Under the pieces are notes generated by a model. The model did not search any database, was not told where the DNA came from, and saw only the letters and a program-made list of their open reading frames with translations. From positions 91,450,001 to 91,514,000 of the forward strand of contig NC_043005.1 of NCBI RefSeq assembly GCF_006345805.1: 64,000 nt of DNA, given 5' to 3'. This DNA is from Octopus sinensis (Eukaryota). This document shows positions 1 through 13,880 of this stretch, one piece after another (position 1 is the first letter of the stretch; every line of letters begins with the position of its first letter). Both the position numbers and the translations under genes were made by a program.

Positions 1-545
1 TATATATGTATGTATGTATGTATGTATATATGTATGTATATATGTATTATATATATATGTATGTATGTATGTATATGTATGTATTATGTATGTATATATA
101 TATATGTATGTATGATTATATATATGTATATATATGGGATGTATATATGTATGTATGTATATATGTATGTATGTATATATGTATGTATGTATATATGTAT
201 GTATGTATATATGTATGTATGTTTATGTTGTATGTATGTAATATATATGTATGTATGTATGTATATATGTATGTATATATGTATATATGTAATATATATA
301 TGTATGTATGTATGTCTATATATGTATGTATGTATATATATATATGTATGTATATGTATGTATATTATATATATGTATGTATATATGTATGTATATGTAT
401 GTATATATATATATGTATATATATGTATGTATATATATAGATATATAGTATATTATGTATGTATATATATATATATATATGTTGTATATATATATGTATA
501 TAATATGTATGTATATATTATATGTATGTATATATATGTATGTAT

Positions 546-617
<72 letters not shown>

Positions 618-944
618 TATGTATGTATATATATATGTATGTATATATGTATGTATATATATTATATGTATGTATATATATATATATATATGTATGTATA
701 TATTATATCTGTATATATATATATGTATGTATATATATATATATGTATGTATATTATTATATATATGTATGTATATATATATATGTATGTATTATATATT
801 ATGTATATATATATTATATATATATGTATATATTATATATATGTATGTATATATAATATATATTGTATGTATATATATATATATGTTGTATATATATATG
901 TATGTATATATATATGTATGTATGTCTATATAGTATATATGTTG

Positions 945-1007
<63 letters not shown>

Positions 1008-1090
1008 GTATATATATGTATGTATGTATATGTATGTATGTATATGTATATGTATGTATGTATATATATATGTATGTATGTATATATATG

Positions 1091-1122
<32 letters not shown>

Positions 1123-1255
1123 TGTATGTATGTATATATATATGTATGTATGTATGTATATATATATGTATGTATGTATAGATATATGTATGTATATATG
1201 TATGTATGTATGTATATATATGTATATATATATATACGTATGTATATATATGTAC
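1..1255. repeat. TA/TATG low-complexity microsatellite tract
   Basis: Nearly continuous TA and TATG units; the M/Y/V/C/I ORFs here are artefacts. Confidence 0.97.
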
Positions 1256-2503
1256 TTACTTTGATACTTTGATAGGTTTCGGCCATTATTGGCCCAGGCC
1301 ATGTCTAACTTAATAGCACCACCTGGTGAAGTCTTTCAAGTCAGAATTTGGGCACTATGGCCCACTCAAGTAGAGAGTTATTGTTTACAGAGATATCCGG
1401 GGGTGTAGGGGGTTTATCCGGGATTTCTTGAAGGAATCTGTCCAAAGACTTCTTGAACCCTATAGGGTCAGTTTCTGTTTTAATGTGTTGTTTTGGTGTA
1501 ATGTTAAAGAGAGAGCGGGGCCAATTGAGGTGAAATAATTGTGCCGTATTGTTGTTGTTATGAGATAAGAGTGCGATTTTTGTTTGGGCGGATGGCACGG
1601 GCCCAAGCCTTGGATGTACCCTAAAGGTGATGCCAACATCATTTGGGCAATGCTGATGGAATATTTTCCACATCATGCAGATGATGTAGCGCTCACGACG
1701 ACGTTGGAGAGAATAAAGTTTTAGCTTTTCTAGTCGACCCCAATAGTCGAGGTCTGTCATGCCATCTATCTTTTTTGTGATTGCCCTTTGAGGTGCTTCA
1801 ACTTTTATGATACCTTGTATTGTGTGGGGAGACCACAGTGGACAACAGTATTCAAGGTGGGGTCGGGCAAAAGTGGAGAAGGGAAGGATAATGGTGTGGA
1901 TATCTCTCGACTGGAAAGTTCTGAGAATCCAGGAACACATTCTGCGGGCCATGTCAACTTTGGTGTTTATATGAGTGGCCCAGCTTATGTTGTTGTCCAC
2001 AATTACTCCCAAGTCTCTGATGTTGTTGGACGCCGCGAGAGTTTCACCTGAAGGAAGGGAGTATGGGAGTTTCAGGGCATCCTCTTTTCCAAAGTGGATT
2101 AACTCAAATATCCTCGTTCAGCAGCATATTGTTTTTTTCTGCCCATTGGATAACAGCCAGTAGATCTGACTGAAGGCATGTCCGGTCACTCGCCTCATTT
2201 ATGACCTTCTGTAGCTTGGAATCATCTGCAAACATTTTTATGTTGCTGCTGTGCTTGATGATGTCATTAATGTCATTAATGTAAATGATGAAAAGAAGTG
2301 GGCCCAGCACAGTGCCTTGCGGAACGCCACTACTGACTTTGGCTGGGCTTGATTTTACCCCTTCAACTACACATGTTGAGATCTGTCTGTCAGGAAACAC
2401 TTGATCCATTTCAGTAACTTTCCAGAGACACCAATGTTGGATAGTTTTTTCAATAGGATCTTGTGATCGACCCTGTCGAAGGCCTTACTGAAATCAAGGT
2501 AGA
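1256..2503 (-). mobile_element. 5'-truncated CR1/L2-group LINE (RT domain to 3' end), frameshifted
   Basis: Minus-strand translations [53 protein letters not shown]; short tandem tail (ATCAAAGT)x2 near 1260. Confidence 0.85.
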
Positions 2504-3771
2504 TGTATATATATATATGTATGTATGAATGTATATATATATGTATGTATGTATATATGTATATACATATGTATATATGTATATACATATGTATGTATAT
2601 ATGTATATACATATGTATGTATATATGTATATACATATGTATATATGTATGTATGTACATACATATGTATGTATGTATATATGTACGTATGTATGTATAT
2701 ATGTATATACATATGTATATATGTATATACATATGTATGTATATATGTATATACATATGTATATATGTATATACATATGTATGTATGTATATACATATGT
2801 ATGTATGTATATACATATGTATATATGTATATACATATGTATGTATGTATATACATATGTATGTATGTATATACATATGTATATATGTATATACATATGT
2901 ATGTATGTATATATGTATATACATATGTATGTATGTATATATGTATATACATATGTATGTATGTATATATGTATATACATATGTATGTATGTATATATGT
3001 ATATACATATGTATGTATGTATATATGTATATACATATGTATGTATGTATATATGTATATACATATGTATGTATGTATATATGTATATACATATGTATGT
3101 AATATATGTATATACATATGTATGTATGTATATATGTATATACATATGTATGTATGTATATATGTATATACATATGTATGTATGTATATATGTATATACA
3201 TATGTATGTGTGTATATATGTATATACATATGTATGTATGTATATACATATGTATGTATGTATATACATATATATGTATGTATATACATATGTATGTATG
3301 TATATACATATGTATGTATGTATATACATATGTATGTATGTATATACATATGTATGTATGTATATACATATGTATGTATGTATATACATATGTATGTATG
3401 TATATATGTATATACATATGTATGTATGTATATATGTATATACATATGTATGTATGTATATATGTATATACATATGTATGTATGTATATATGTATATACA
3501 TATGTATGTATATACATATGTATGTATGTATGTATATACATATGTATGTATATACATATGTATGTATGTATGTATATACATATGTATGTATGTATGTATA
3601 TACATATGTATGTATATATGTATGTATATACATATGTATGTATATATGTATATACATATGTATGTATATATGTATATACATATGTATGTATATACATATG
3701 TATATATGTATGTATATACATATGTATGTATATATGTATATACATATGTATGTATATATGTATATACATAT
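2504..3771. repeat. Alternating purine-pyrimidine minisatellite with 28-bp and 20-bp higher-order units
   Basis: Unit ATATGTATATACATATGTATGTATGTAT repeated around 2900-3230; unit TATATACATATGTATGTATG around 3240-3400. Confidence 0.95.
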
Positions 3772-5902
3772 GTGATACACAAAGGGGTCACACCCAATGA
3801 CTGGTGTAGCAGTATAATAGTCAACTGCTACAAAGGTAAAGGTGATGCCCTAGATACAAATAACTACAGAGGTATCAAGCTGTTGGACCAGGTTATGAAG
3901 GTTACGGAGAGGGTCATAGCCCAACTAATTAGAGAGAGAGTTAGTTTAGATGAGATGCAGTTTGGGTTTGTGCCAGGGAAAAGTACTACTGATGCTATAT
4001 TCCTGGTAAGGCAGCTGCAGGAGAAAACCTAGCCAAAGATAAGCCCCTGTACCTGGCTTTTGTTGACATGGAGAAAGCCTTCGACAGGGTCCCCCGATCC
4101 CTTATCTGGTGGGCAATGAGAAAACTAGGGATAGATGAATGGTTAGTGAGAGCTGTGCGGGCCATGTATAGGGACGCCGCTAGTAGGGTGAGGGTTGGAA
4201 ATGAGTACAGTGAAGAATTCCGGGTAGAGGTAGGGGTCCACCAAGGCTCAGTACTCAGCCCCCTCCTATTTATCATAGTCCTCCAGGCAATAACGGAGGA
4301 ATTCAAGACAGGATGCCCTTGGGAGCTCCTCTATGCTGATGACCTTGCTCTAATTGCTTAGTCGCTATCAGAACTGGAGGAGAAGTTTCAGGTGTGGAAA
4401 CAAGGATTAGAATCGAAGGGCCTCAGAGTCAATCTAGCTAAAACCAAAGTCGTAATCAGTAGGAAGGTAGACAAATCACAAACACCTTCAGGTAGATGGC
4501 CCTGCTCGATCTGTAGAAAAGGTGTAGGTAGAAACTCTATAAGATGCACCAAGTGTAAGCTATGGACACATAAGAGATGCAGCAATGTCAAAGGAAGGCT
4601 AACTAGGAAGATGGTTTTTGTATGTGGCAGATGCTCAGGAACAATAAACACTGAAAATGCTCTGAGACCAACTTCCGTCACTTTCCAGGGAGAAAAACTA
4701 GAAATAGTTGATAGTTTCCGTTACCTAGGTGACCAAGTCAGCAGCGGGGGTGGGTGTGCTGAAAGTGTAACTGCTAGAGTAAGAATAGCTTGGGCAAAGT
4801 TCAGAGAGCTCTTACCTCTGCTGGTGACAAAAGGCCTCTCGCACAGAGTGAAAGGCAGACTGTATGATGCGTGTGTACGAACAGCCATGCTACATGGCAG
4901 TGAAACATGGGCCGTGACTGCTGAGGATATGCGTAAGCTCGCTAGAAATGAAGCCAGTATGCTCCGATGGATGTGTAATGCCGGTACTCACACTCGGCAG
5001 AGTGTAAGTACCTTGAGAGAAAAGCTGGACCTAAGAAGCATCAGTTGTGGTGTGCAAGAGAGACGTTTGCGCTGGTATGGTCATGTGGCGAGAATGGATG
5101 AAGATAGTTGTGTGAAAAAGTGCCACACCCTAGCGGTTGAGGGAACCTGTGGAAGAGGCAGACCCAGGAAAACCTGGGACGAGGTGGTGAAGCACGACCT
5201 TCGAACTTTAGGTCTCACTGAGGAAATGACTAGAGACCGAGACCTCTGGAAGTGTGCTGTGCGCGAGAAGACCCGGCAGGACAAGTGAGTCCACAACCCG
5301 TGGCCTTCTACATGGGATGGAGCCAGCCTACGTATGCATACCTTCCCTTCTTGGGACACAAAACTCTACTTCTGAAGACGTGTTGAGGCAAGTGAGGATC
5401 AGAATCGAAATCGATCAATGGAAATTGCGGATGTGCTACCAGTGCCGGTGGCATGTCGAAACTCTGCTTGTGAAGACCCTTGAGGCAAGTGAGGATCAGA
5501 ATCGAAATCGATCAATGGAAATCGATCAATGGAAATTGCAGATGTGTTACCAGTGCCGTGGCATGTAAAAGAACTTTCCGTTTCGCGACCGTTGCCAGCA
5601 CCGCCCCGTTTCGTGTCCGTTGCCAGCCTCGCCTGGCCCTCGTGCCGGTGGCACATAAAAAGCACCATCCGTTCGTGGCCGTTTGCCAGCTCTGTCTGGC
5701 ACCAGTGCGGGTGGCACGTAAAAAGCACCCACTACACTCACGGAGTGGTTGGCGTTAGGAAGGGCATCCAGCCGTAGAAACACTGCCAGATTTGACTGGG
5801 CCTGATGAAGCCTTCTGGCTTCACAGACCCCAGTAGAACCTTCCAACCCATGCTAGCATGGAAAACGGACGCTAAATGATGATGATGATGATGATGATGA
5901 TG
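3772..5902 (+). mobile_element. 5'-truncated RTE-clade LINE (RT, C-terminus, 3'UTR, (ATG)n tail)
   Basis: YRGIKLL, DMEKAFDRVPR, GVHQGSVLSPLLF, YADD, RLRWYGHV; a frameshift near 4030 and a stop at 4359; (GAT)n tail at about 5878-5902. Confidence 0.95.
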
Positions 5903-6050
5903 TATATATATATATGTATATACATATGTATGTATATATATATATGTATATACATATATATATGTATGTATATACATATATATATGTATGTATATACATA
6001 TATATATATGTATATACATCTATATGTGTGTGTATATATGTATATATAGA
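5903..6050. repeat. TA/TATG microsatellite
   Basis: Direct reading; same motifs as the 2504-3771 tract. Confidence 0.9.
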
Positions 6051-6599
6051 AAACAAGAAGGTGTTTAGATAAGCAATCTCGTTCTTTCAACCTCGTACAT
6101 CTCTCATCCGTCTCTTTCAGCGCAGATCATCATAATTAGCTTATTAGTTTGTTTCATTATTCTAGGTAAACATAGTTTTGTCTTCCATGCTCAAGGTTTA
6201 AAAATAAACACACTTAATCGCTCAATCCCATTCTCTCTCTTTCACGTTCATTTATCGTCACTTATTCATTCATTTATCCAATTTTGTCACAGATTGGCTG
6301 ACCGAAACCTCTTGGTTATAGCTGTAGTTTAAAATTTTCAAATGCCCAACTCTATCTCACTATTATCAAAATATTCCCTGACACCGGCAACTTGTGTTCC
6401 TCCGCTGTTTCACAGGGCACCCGCACTCCCACCCCACCATCACCCCCTTTACCGGAAGTCTCTATCCTCTGACCTCTATCGGATGTCTTCCATGAACACT
6501 TCTAAAGGGTTAATACCCCACTCCTTACTTAGGGTTTATCTCCTATGTAAGGTAGCGACAGTATAGCTCATAGAAAAAAATGATGGTGTGATATATGCA

Positions 6600-9500
6600 G
6601 GTTGAGGACTATTGTACATACTTGAGTGCTGCCAAATGCAAGCTTTCTTTTCAGGTACATGATGCTGTTGGCCACCACACCCTCAGGGTTGGTACACACA
6701 ATGTAGGCACTCTGAAAGGTAGGTCCGGTGAGATTGTTGAGATGCTTGAACAGAGATGTGTAGCTTTGTTCTGCATCCAAGAAGTAAGGTGGAGAGGTGG
6801 TTCTTGCTAGGTTCCTCACAGGCAAAGAACATAGGTATAAGATTTTCTGGGCAAGGCACACTGATGGGGTATGGGGCATGGTTATACTACTTGCGGAGAA
6901 ATGGGTTAAGGTAATGAAGGTAGTCAGAGTCTGCGATAGAATACTTAAGATTAGGTTAGTGCTACATCATGGGTTAGCAACTATTATCTCGGCCTATGCC
7001 CCGCAGCCGGGGCTGCACGATGGACAGAAAGACCGATTTTATGACCCCCTCTTGCAGACTACCTCATTGACGAATGATAGGGACCTTCTCTTTGTGGCTG
7101 GTGACTTCAATGGACAACATAAAGGGGGCTTCCATGGCGTACATGGAGGCTATGGTTTTGGTTCCCACAATGAGGAGGGAACCAAGTTGCTGGAGTTCTG
7201 TGATGCAAATGACCTTATGGTTTGTAACACTAACTTCAGGAAAGCTGCCAGTCACCTATTCACCAACTGATCTGGTAGACACACTAGTCAAATTGACTAC
7301 ATCTTCACCAGGAAACGTGAAAGATGGCTACTTGTAAATGCCAAAACCTTTCCAGGTGAAGAACGCACCCCACAACATAGATTAGTAGTTAGTGACTTCA
7401 GGATCAGGGCTAAGTGGATGCCCAGAAGACGACCAACATGGAGAAGAAGGGTCTAGAAGCTTAAGGATCCTGTGAATGGACAGAGATTTAGAGACATATT
7501 ACTCAAAGCCTTTGGCAAAATAGAGGAGGATATAGCATCACATGATGTAGAACACAACTTGAGGTTTCTATGGGACAACCTGTTGAGGGATACTGATGTG
7601 TGGATGGTGCAAAGTCCCCTCTCAACCCAAGGTAATGTGGTGGTGGTGGTGGTGGAACAATGTAGCTGACAGGACCATTAGAGAAAAGAAACAGGCATGG
7701 AAGAATGGTGGTAGCAGGGAATTGTATCAGACTGCCAGAAGGGAAAGTAAGAGATAGGTTTACTTAGCAAGAGGAGAAGCAGGTAAGAAAAAAATTCGCC
7801 AATGTTCTGCATCGCGAGGACCAAAGACTTGAGGTGCTTCGTGTTACAAGACAGAGCATGAAAGAGAATCATGATGTCATAGGAGAGAAATGTGTCTGCA
7901 TGGATGACAGCTCACTTGCATTTAATGATGTTGCAAAGGGAGAGACTTGGAGATGCCACTATAAAAGGTTGCTAAATGAAGAGAAAGAGAATTTGCTATC
8001 TGAATTGACAGTACCTTGGTGGATAAAGCAATTAAGGATATGAGGAAGACAGGGAAAGCCCCCGGCCCAACAGGAATCACCACAGAGATGCTTAAAGTAT
8101 TTGGCGGCGGCTATAGCCTAGTCACCCGTATAGTTAACCAGGTGATACATGAAGGAGTCATACCCAATGACCATAGTCAACTGCTACAAAGGTAAAGGTG
8201 ATGCATTAGATACAAATAATTACATAGGTATCAAGTTGTTGGATCAGGTAATGAAAGTAACAGAGAGGGTCATAGCCCAACCAATTAGGGAGAGAGTCGG
8301 TCTAGACAAGACGTAGTTTGGGTTTGTGACGGAAAAGCACCACTGATGCCATATTTCTGGTGAGACAACTGCAGGAGAAATACCTAGCCAAAGATAAATC
8401 CTTGTACCTGGCTTTCATTGACATGGAGAAAGCCTTTGACAGGGTCCCCCTTATCTTGTGGTCATTGAGGAAACTGGGGATATATGAATGGTTAGTGAGA
8501 GCTGTACAGGGATGCTGTCAGTAAGGTGAGGTTTGGCAATAAGTACAGTGAAGAATTCTTGGTAGGGGTAGTAGGGGTCCACTAAGGATTGGTCATCAAA
8601 GTCCCCCAGGCAATAACAGGAATTCAAGACAGGATGCCCCTGGGAGACCTCTATGCTGACAACCTTGCTCTAATTGCTGAGTCACTAGAGAAGTTTTAGC
8701 TGGGGAAGCAACAATTAGAATCAAAGGGCATTAGAGTCAACCTAGCAAAAACCAAAGTCTTAATAAGTAGGAAGGCAGACAAACCACAAATCCTTTCGAG
8801 TAGATGGCCCTGCTCAATCTATAGAAAAGACTGAGGTAGAAACACCATAAGATGTACCCAGTGTAATCTATGGACACATAAGAGGTAGAACAATATCAAA
8901 AGAAGGCTAACTGGGAAGATAGTTTTTGTGTGTGGCAGATGCACAGGAGCAATAAACGTTGAAAACATGCAGAGAACAGCTTCCGTCACATTCCAGGGAG
9001 AAAAACTGCAAGTAGTTGATAGCTTCTGTTACCTAGTTGATCAAGTCAGTAGCCAGGGTGGATGCTTTGAAAGTGTAGCTGCTAGAATAAGAATAGCCTG
9101 GGCAAAGTTCAGAGAGCTCCTACTTCTGCTGGTAACAAAGGGCCTCTCACTCAGAGTAAAAGGTCGACTGTATGACACACATGCGTGACCAGCTGTGCTA
9201 CATGGCAATGAAACATGGGCCGTGACTGCTGAGGACATGCGTAAGCTTTCAAGGAATGAAGCCAGTATGCTCTACTGGATGTATAATGTCAGTGTGCATA
9301 CATGATAGAGTGTAAGCACCCTGAGAGAAAAGTTGGATTTAAGAAGCATCAGATATAGTGTGCAAGAGAGACGACTGTGCTAGTATGGTCATGTGTTGTG
9401 TATGGATAGAACACTTGTGTGAAAAGGTGTCACACCCTAGCAATTGAGGGAACCTGCAGAAGAGGAAGGCCTGGGATGAGGTGGGGAAGCACAACCTTCA

Positions 9501-10037
9501 AACATTGAGCCTCACTGAGGCAATGACAGGTGACTGAGACCTTTGAATATATGCTGTGCTTGAGAAGACCCAGCAAGTCAAGTGAGAGCATAACCATGGC
9601 CTATGCCAGTGCTGTATAACCAGCCCATTTAAGAGCACCCTTAATCATTGGACAATAAACTGTGCTTGCGAAGACCTGTTGAGGCAAGTGAAATTGCTGT
9701 GGTGGCTGATGACAGTACCGCCTGATTGGCACCAGTGCCAGTGGAACATTGGAAGCACTATTCAGGGCAGCTGATTGGCTCCCGTGACGGTGGCACATAC
9801 CAAAAGCACCATTAAGAGCATGATCATTGCCTGTACTGCCAGATTGGCTCCTGTGCAGGTGGCAAGTAAAAGTACCCACTACACTCTCGAGGTGGTTGAT
9901 GTAAGGAAGGGCATCCAGCTCTAGAAACTTTACCAGATCAAATTGGAGACTCGTGCAGCCTTCTGGCTCACCGGCCCTCAGTCAAAACGTGCAACCCATG
10001 CCAGCATGGAAAGCAGACGTTAAATGATGATGATGAT
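6600..10037 (+). mobile_element. Near full-length but heavily degenerate RTE LINE (APE endonuclease plus RT)
   Basis: LRVGTHNVGTLKGR, CIQEVRW, ISAYAPQ, AGDFNG, then RT remnants with many stops and frameshifts; 3' tail ending in (ATG)n. Confidence 0.9.
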
Positions 10038-10104
10038 ATGTATATAAATATATTTATATATGATTATATATAAATCTATAGATATGTGTATATATATATA
10101 TATC

Positions 10105-10440
10105 TGAGCGTGATCGTTGCCAGAGCGGCTAACTGGCTTCCGTGCCGGTGGCACGTAAAAGGCTCCATTCAAGCATGACCATTACCAGTGTCTCCTTACT
10201 GGCACATGAAAAAACATTCAAGCGAGGTCGTTGCCAGTACTGCCTGACTGGCCCCTGTGCCAGTGGCACGTAAAAGCACTCACTACACTCTCAGAGTGGT
10301 TGGCATTAGGAAGGGCATCCAGCTGTAGAAACTCTGCCAGATCAAGATTGGAGCCTGGTGCAGCCATCTGGTTCGCCAGTCCTCAGTCAAATCGTCCAAC
10401 CCATGCTAGCATGGAAAGCAGACGTTAAACGATGATGATG
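10105..10440 (+). mobile_element. RTE 3'-end-only copy
   Basis: GAGTGGTTGGCATTAGGAAGGGCATCCAGC...CCATGCTAGCATGG...(GAT)n. Confidence 0.9.
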
Positions 10441-10523
10441 TTTACATCTATCTGTATGTATATAGATATACATCTATATATGTATATATATATATATATA
10501 TATGTACATATATATATATATAT

Positions 10524-12164
10524 AAGATTAGATTAGTGCTTCATCATGGGTTAGCAACCAGTATATCAGCCTATGACCCTCAGCCGGGGCTACCTGACGG
10601 ACAGAAAGACCGGTTCTATGACACCCTCTTGCAGACTACCTCGTTGATGAATGTCAGAGACCTTCTCTTTGTGGCTGGTGACTTTAATGGACATGTTGGA
10701 CAACATACAGGGGGCTTCCATGGCGTACATGGAGGCTATGGTTTTGGTTCCCGCATTGAGGAGGGAACCAGGCTGCTGGAGTTCTGCAATGCAAATGATC
10801 TTATGGTTTGCAATACTAACTTCAGAAAACCTGCCAGTCACCTAGTCACCTAACGTTCTGGCACATACACTAGCCAAATTTACTACATCTTCACCAGAAA
10901 AAGGGAAAGATGGCTGCTTATAAATGCCAAAACCTTCCCAGGGAAAGAATGTACCCCACAACATAGACTGGTAGTTAGTGGATGTCCAGAAAATGACCAG
11001 CATGGAGGAGAAGGGTCTGGAAGCTTAAAGATCCTGCAAATGGACAGATATTTAGAGACATATTACTTGAAGTCTTTGATGAAATAGAAGGGGATATAGC
11101 CTCACACAATGTAGAAGACAACTTTCTATGGGTTTCTATGGGACAACCTGCTATGGGCCACTGACCAGATCTGTGGATGGTGCAAAGTCCCTTCTCAACC
11201 CAAAATAACATGGTGGTGGAACAATGTTGTTGACAGGGCTATTAGACAAAAGAAACAGGCTTCGAAGGACTGGAAGAATAGTGGTAGCAGAGAATTGTAT
11301 CAGACTGCCAGAAGGGAAGCTAGGAGGCAGGTTTATTTAGCCAGAGGGGAAGCAGATAAGAAAAACATTTGCCAATGTTCTGCACCATGAGAACCAAAAC
11401 TTGAGGTATTTCGTGTTGCAGGACAATGTGTGAGAGAAAATCATGATGTTGTAGAGGAGAAATGTGTTCACATGCATGATAGATCTCTTGCACTAAATGA
11501 GGCTGCAAAGAGAGAGGTTTGGAGACACCACTATGAAAAGTAGCTCAATAAAGAAAATGAATGGGAGAAAGAGAGTCTGCCGAATATCGACCCAACTTTG
11601 GTAGATAAAGCAATTAAGAGTATGAAGATAGGGAAAGCCCCCAGCCCATCAGGAATCACTGCAGAGATGCTCAAAATATCAGGCAGTGTTGGCTATAGCC
11701 TAGTCACCCGTATAGTTAACCAGGTGATACATGGAGAAGTCGTACCCAATGACTGGTGTAGCAGCATAATAGTCAACTGCTACAAAGGTAAAGGTGACGC
11801 TTTAGATACAAATAGTTACAGAGGTATCAAGTTGTTAGATCAGGTAATGAAGGTCACAGAGAGGGTCATAGCCCAACTAATTAGGGAGAGAGTCAGTTTA
11901 GATGAGATGCAGTTTGGGTTCATGCCAGGGAAAAGCACTACTGATGCTATATTTCTGGTAAAACAGGTGCAGGAGAAATACCTAGCCAAAGATAAATCTC
12001 TGTACCTGGCTTTTGTTGACATGGATAAAGCCTTTGACAGGGTCCCTCGATCCCTTATCTGGTCGTCAATGAGGAAACTAGGGATAGATGAATGGTTAGT
12101 GAGAGCTGTGCAAGCCATTTACAGAGACACTGTCAGTAAGGTGAAGGTTGGCAACGAGTACAGT
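10524..12164 (+). mobile_element. Internal RTE LINE fragment (endonuclease C-terminal half to RT N-terminal half)
   Basis: AGDFNGHVG, GKAPSPSGI, YRGIKLL, DMDKAFDRVPR; stops abruptly after VGNEYS. Confidence 0.9.
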
Positions 12165-13880
12165 TCTGTTGCAACAATTACATCCAAATTTCTCGACCTG
12201 ATGTCATTTAGGAAGTGTCCTTGCTTCCAGCTTGACATCAGGCCTCGAATATTTATACAACCAATGTGAATAGACATGACTTACCTTTTAGATCTGGGTG
12301 TCTTGTGGAGAGGGATTCGCCACCTTTTCTTGATTTAAGGTTGGAGATGGCAAGTTTTCAAACATGGATTGGTGAAAATCAGTCTCCATGTTGAGACCGA
12401 TTTTCTATGTGTTAGACAACATATTATACGTTTTTTCATAAAATTCGTAGTTTTTTTCTCTGACAGTTCAATTAATCAAGTTGCTGATTTTTTGGTTTTC
12501 ATTTCCCACATTAAATCTTAATTTTTACTGTATAGTGAAGCTATTCCTCTGTTCGTTACTCTCTCCACCTTCCTCAGCCTGTCTCTCTTGGCTGTTTTTT
12601 TGGGGGGTCTTGGCTCGCTCTGCTTTTGCTGGTTTGATCCTTCCATTTTCCTTTTATTGTTTATTTTTTCTTCTGTTTCTCTCTCTCTCTCTTCCTCATC
12701 GTCTGATTCTTCTTTACAATATTTTTTAATGTGACCCAGTTGACCACAGTGGAAACATTGGGGCTTACGCCCCTCAACAAGAGTATTCAGAACCTCCTCC
12801 CACACTTCCACGATTTCTGGGAACTGTTCTAAAATCTTTTGGTCAGCCTGCAGAATGATGTTAAGCGTCTGACCTGTCCAATAAGTATTTTCTATGATGG
12901 TAGCCTGCAGGAGGTTAATACTATCTTACCTGTTTGCCAGAACTACTGCCATCAAGCACATAGGGTTTACTCCAGGCAGAATTCTAGGTATTCTCACTTT
13001 TGGACATTCTCGTTTCCATGTAACTTGGGAGTGCCATTTCTGCATTCTTGAACCTCACCACGATTGTTCCAAACTTCTTCCCTCTGGCTAGATATGTAAT
13101 GTCCTGCCAGATGGGTTTTAGACATTTTTCAATTTTTTTGTTCACATATTTTATCAATTTTATGAGCTTTTAAGCAAAATGTCTTAAAAATAATGATTTT
13201 CTTTTTTGCTTCCGTTAATTCTTCTTATGGTTTTTCCACTTTTACTATTCCATCTTGTTCTGTTATCATATCTTTATATTTTAAATATTCTTTTATGTCA
13301 GTTGACAGCCGTTGCATTCCACCACCTGCCGCTGATGCAAAACTTTTCCTTTCTTCATTTTGGATGGTCCTTTTTTCTGTCTTCCTATTGGTGTTCGTAA
13401 CTCTTGGTAATGTTGGAAATTCGCTTTCCGACACATCAGAAGCTTTGTCAAAAATTAAGCTTTCTATTTTCTTTGCTTCTCTTTCAATCAATGATTCGTT
13501 CCCCAACGAAGTACACAAACTTTTCGGCATCTTGCCAGCAAATAATGTTTTCCCCTACAGGGGAAAACCACAGATAGCTTTCGAAAGAAACTATACTACA
13601 ATTTTTTCAACAATAGGCACAACAAGAAATATAACAATTAATAGAAACTTACAAATACACTCCAACAATAAATTTTCAGTAACAGACGTACGATATACCA
13701 CAATGCATTTCGCCCAGCGTGCTAACGTTTCTGTCATTGATGATTTTAATATTGGAACTGTATCGGTATTTATTTTTCAACTTTTTTTACCCTTTAAATA
13801 GCCTTTTTCTTGCCCATTTTTAATGAAAGTAAAAGCATTATCACAAACTGAGAAAAAGAAAAACTAAGTTAAAAACTCAG
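12161..13880 (-). mobile_element. 5' half of an L1/Tx1-clade LINE: ORF1 with CCHC zinc knuckle and start of the ORF2 endonuclease
   Basis: CFHCGQLGHIKKYC in ORF 12518-12811; ATG at 12277 reads MSIHIGCINIRGLMSSWKQGHFLNDIRSRNLDVIVATE (APE N-terminus); the 5' boundary is approximate. Confidence 0.75.

Noticed and set aside
6-3824. Long M/Y/V/C/I/H/T-rich ORFs (up to 485 aa)
   Set aside because: Translations of TA/TG/CA repeats, which lack stop codons; not genes
6370-6440. HDV-like ribozyme at the RTE 5' region
   Set aside because: A TCCTCCGC-like segment exists, but the nested P1/P2/P3 pairings could not be built
13193-13801. 202-aa plus-strand hydrophobic ORF
   Set aside because: Antisense to the A-rich Tx1 ORF1 and includes a SINE fragment
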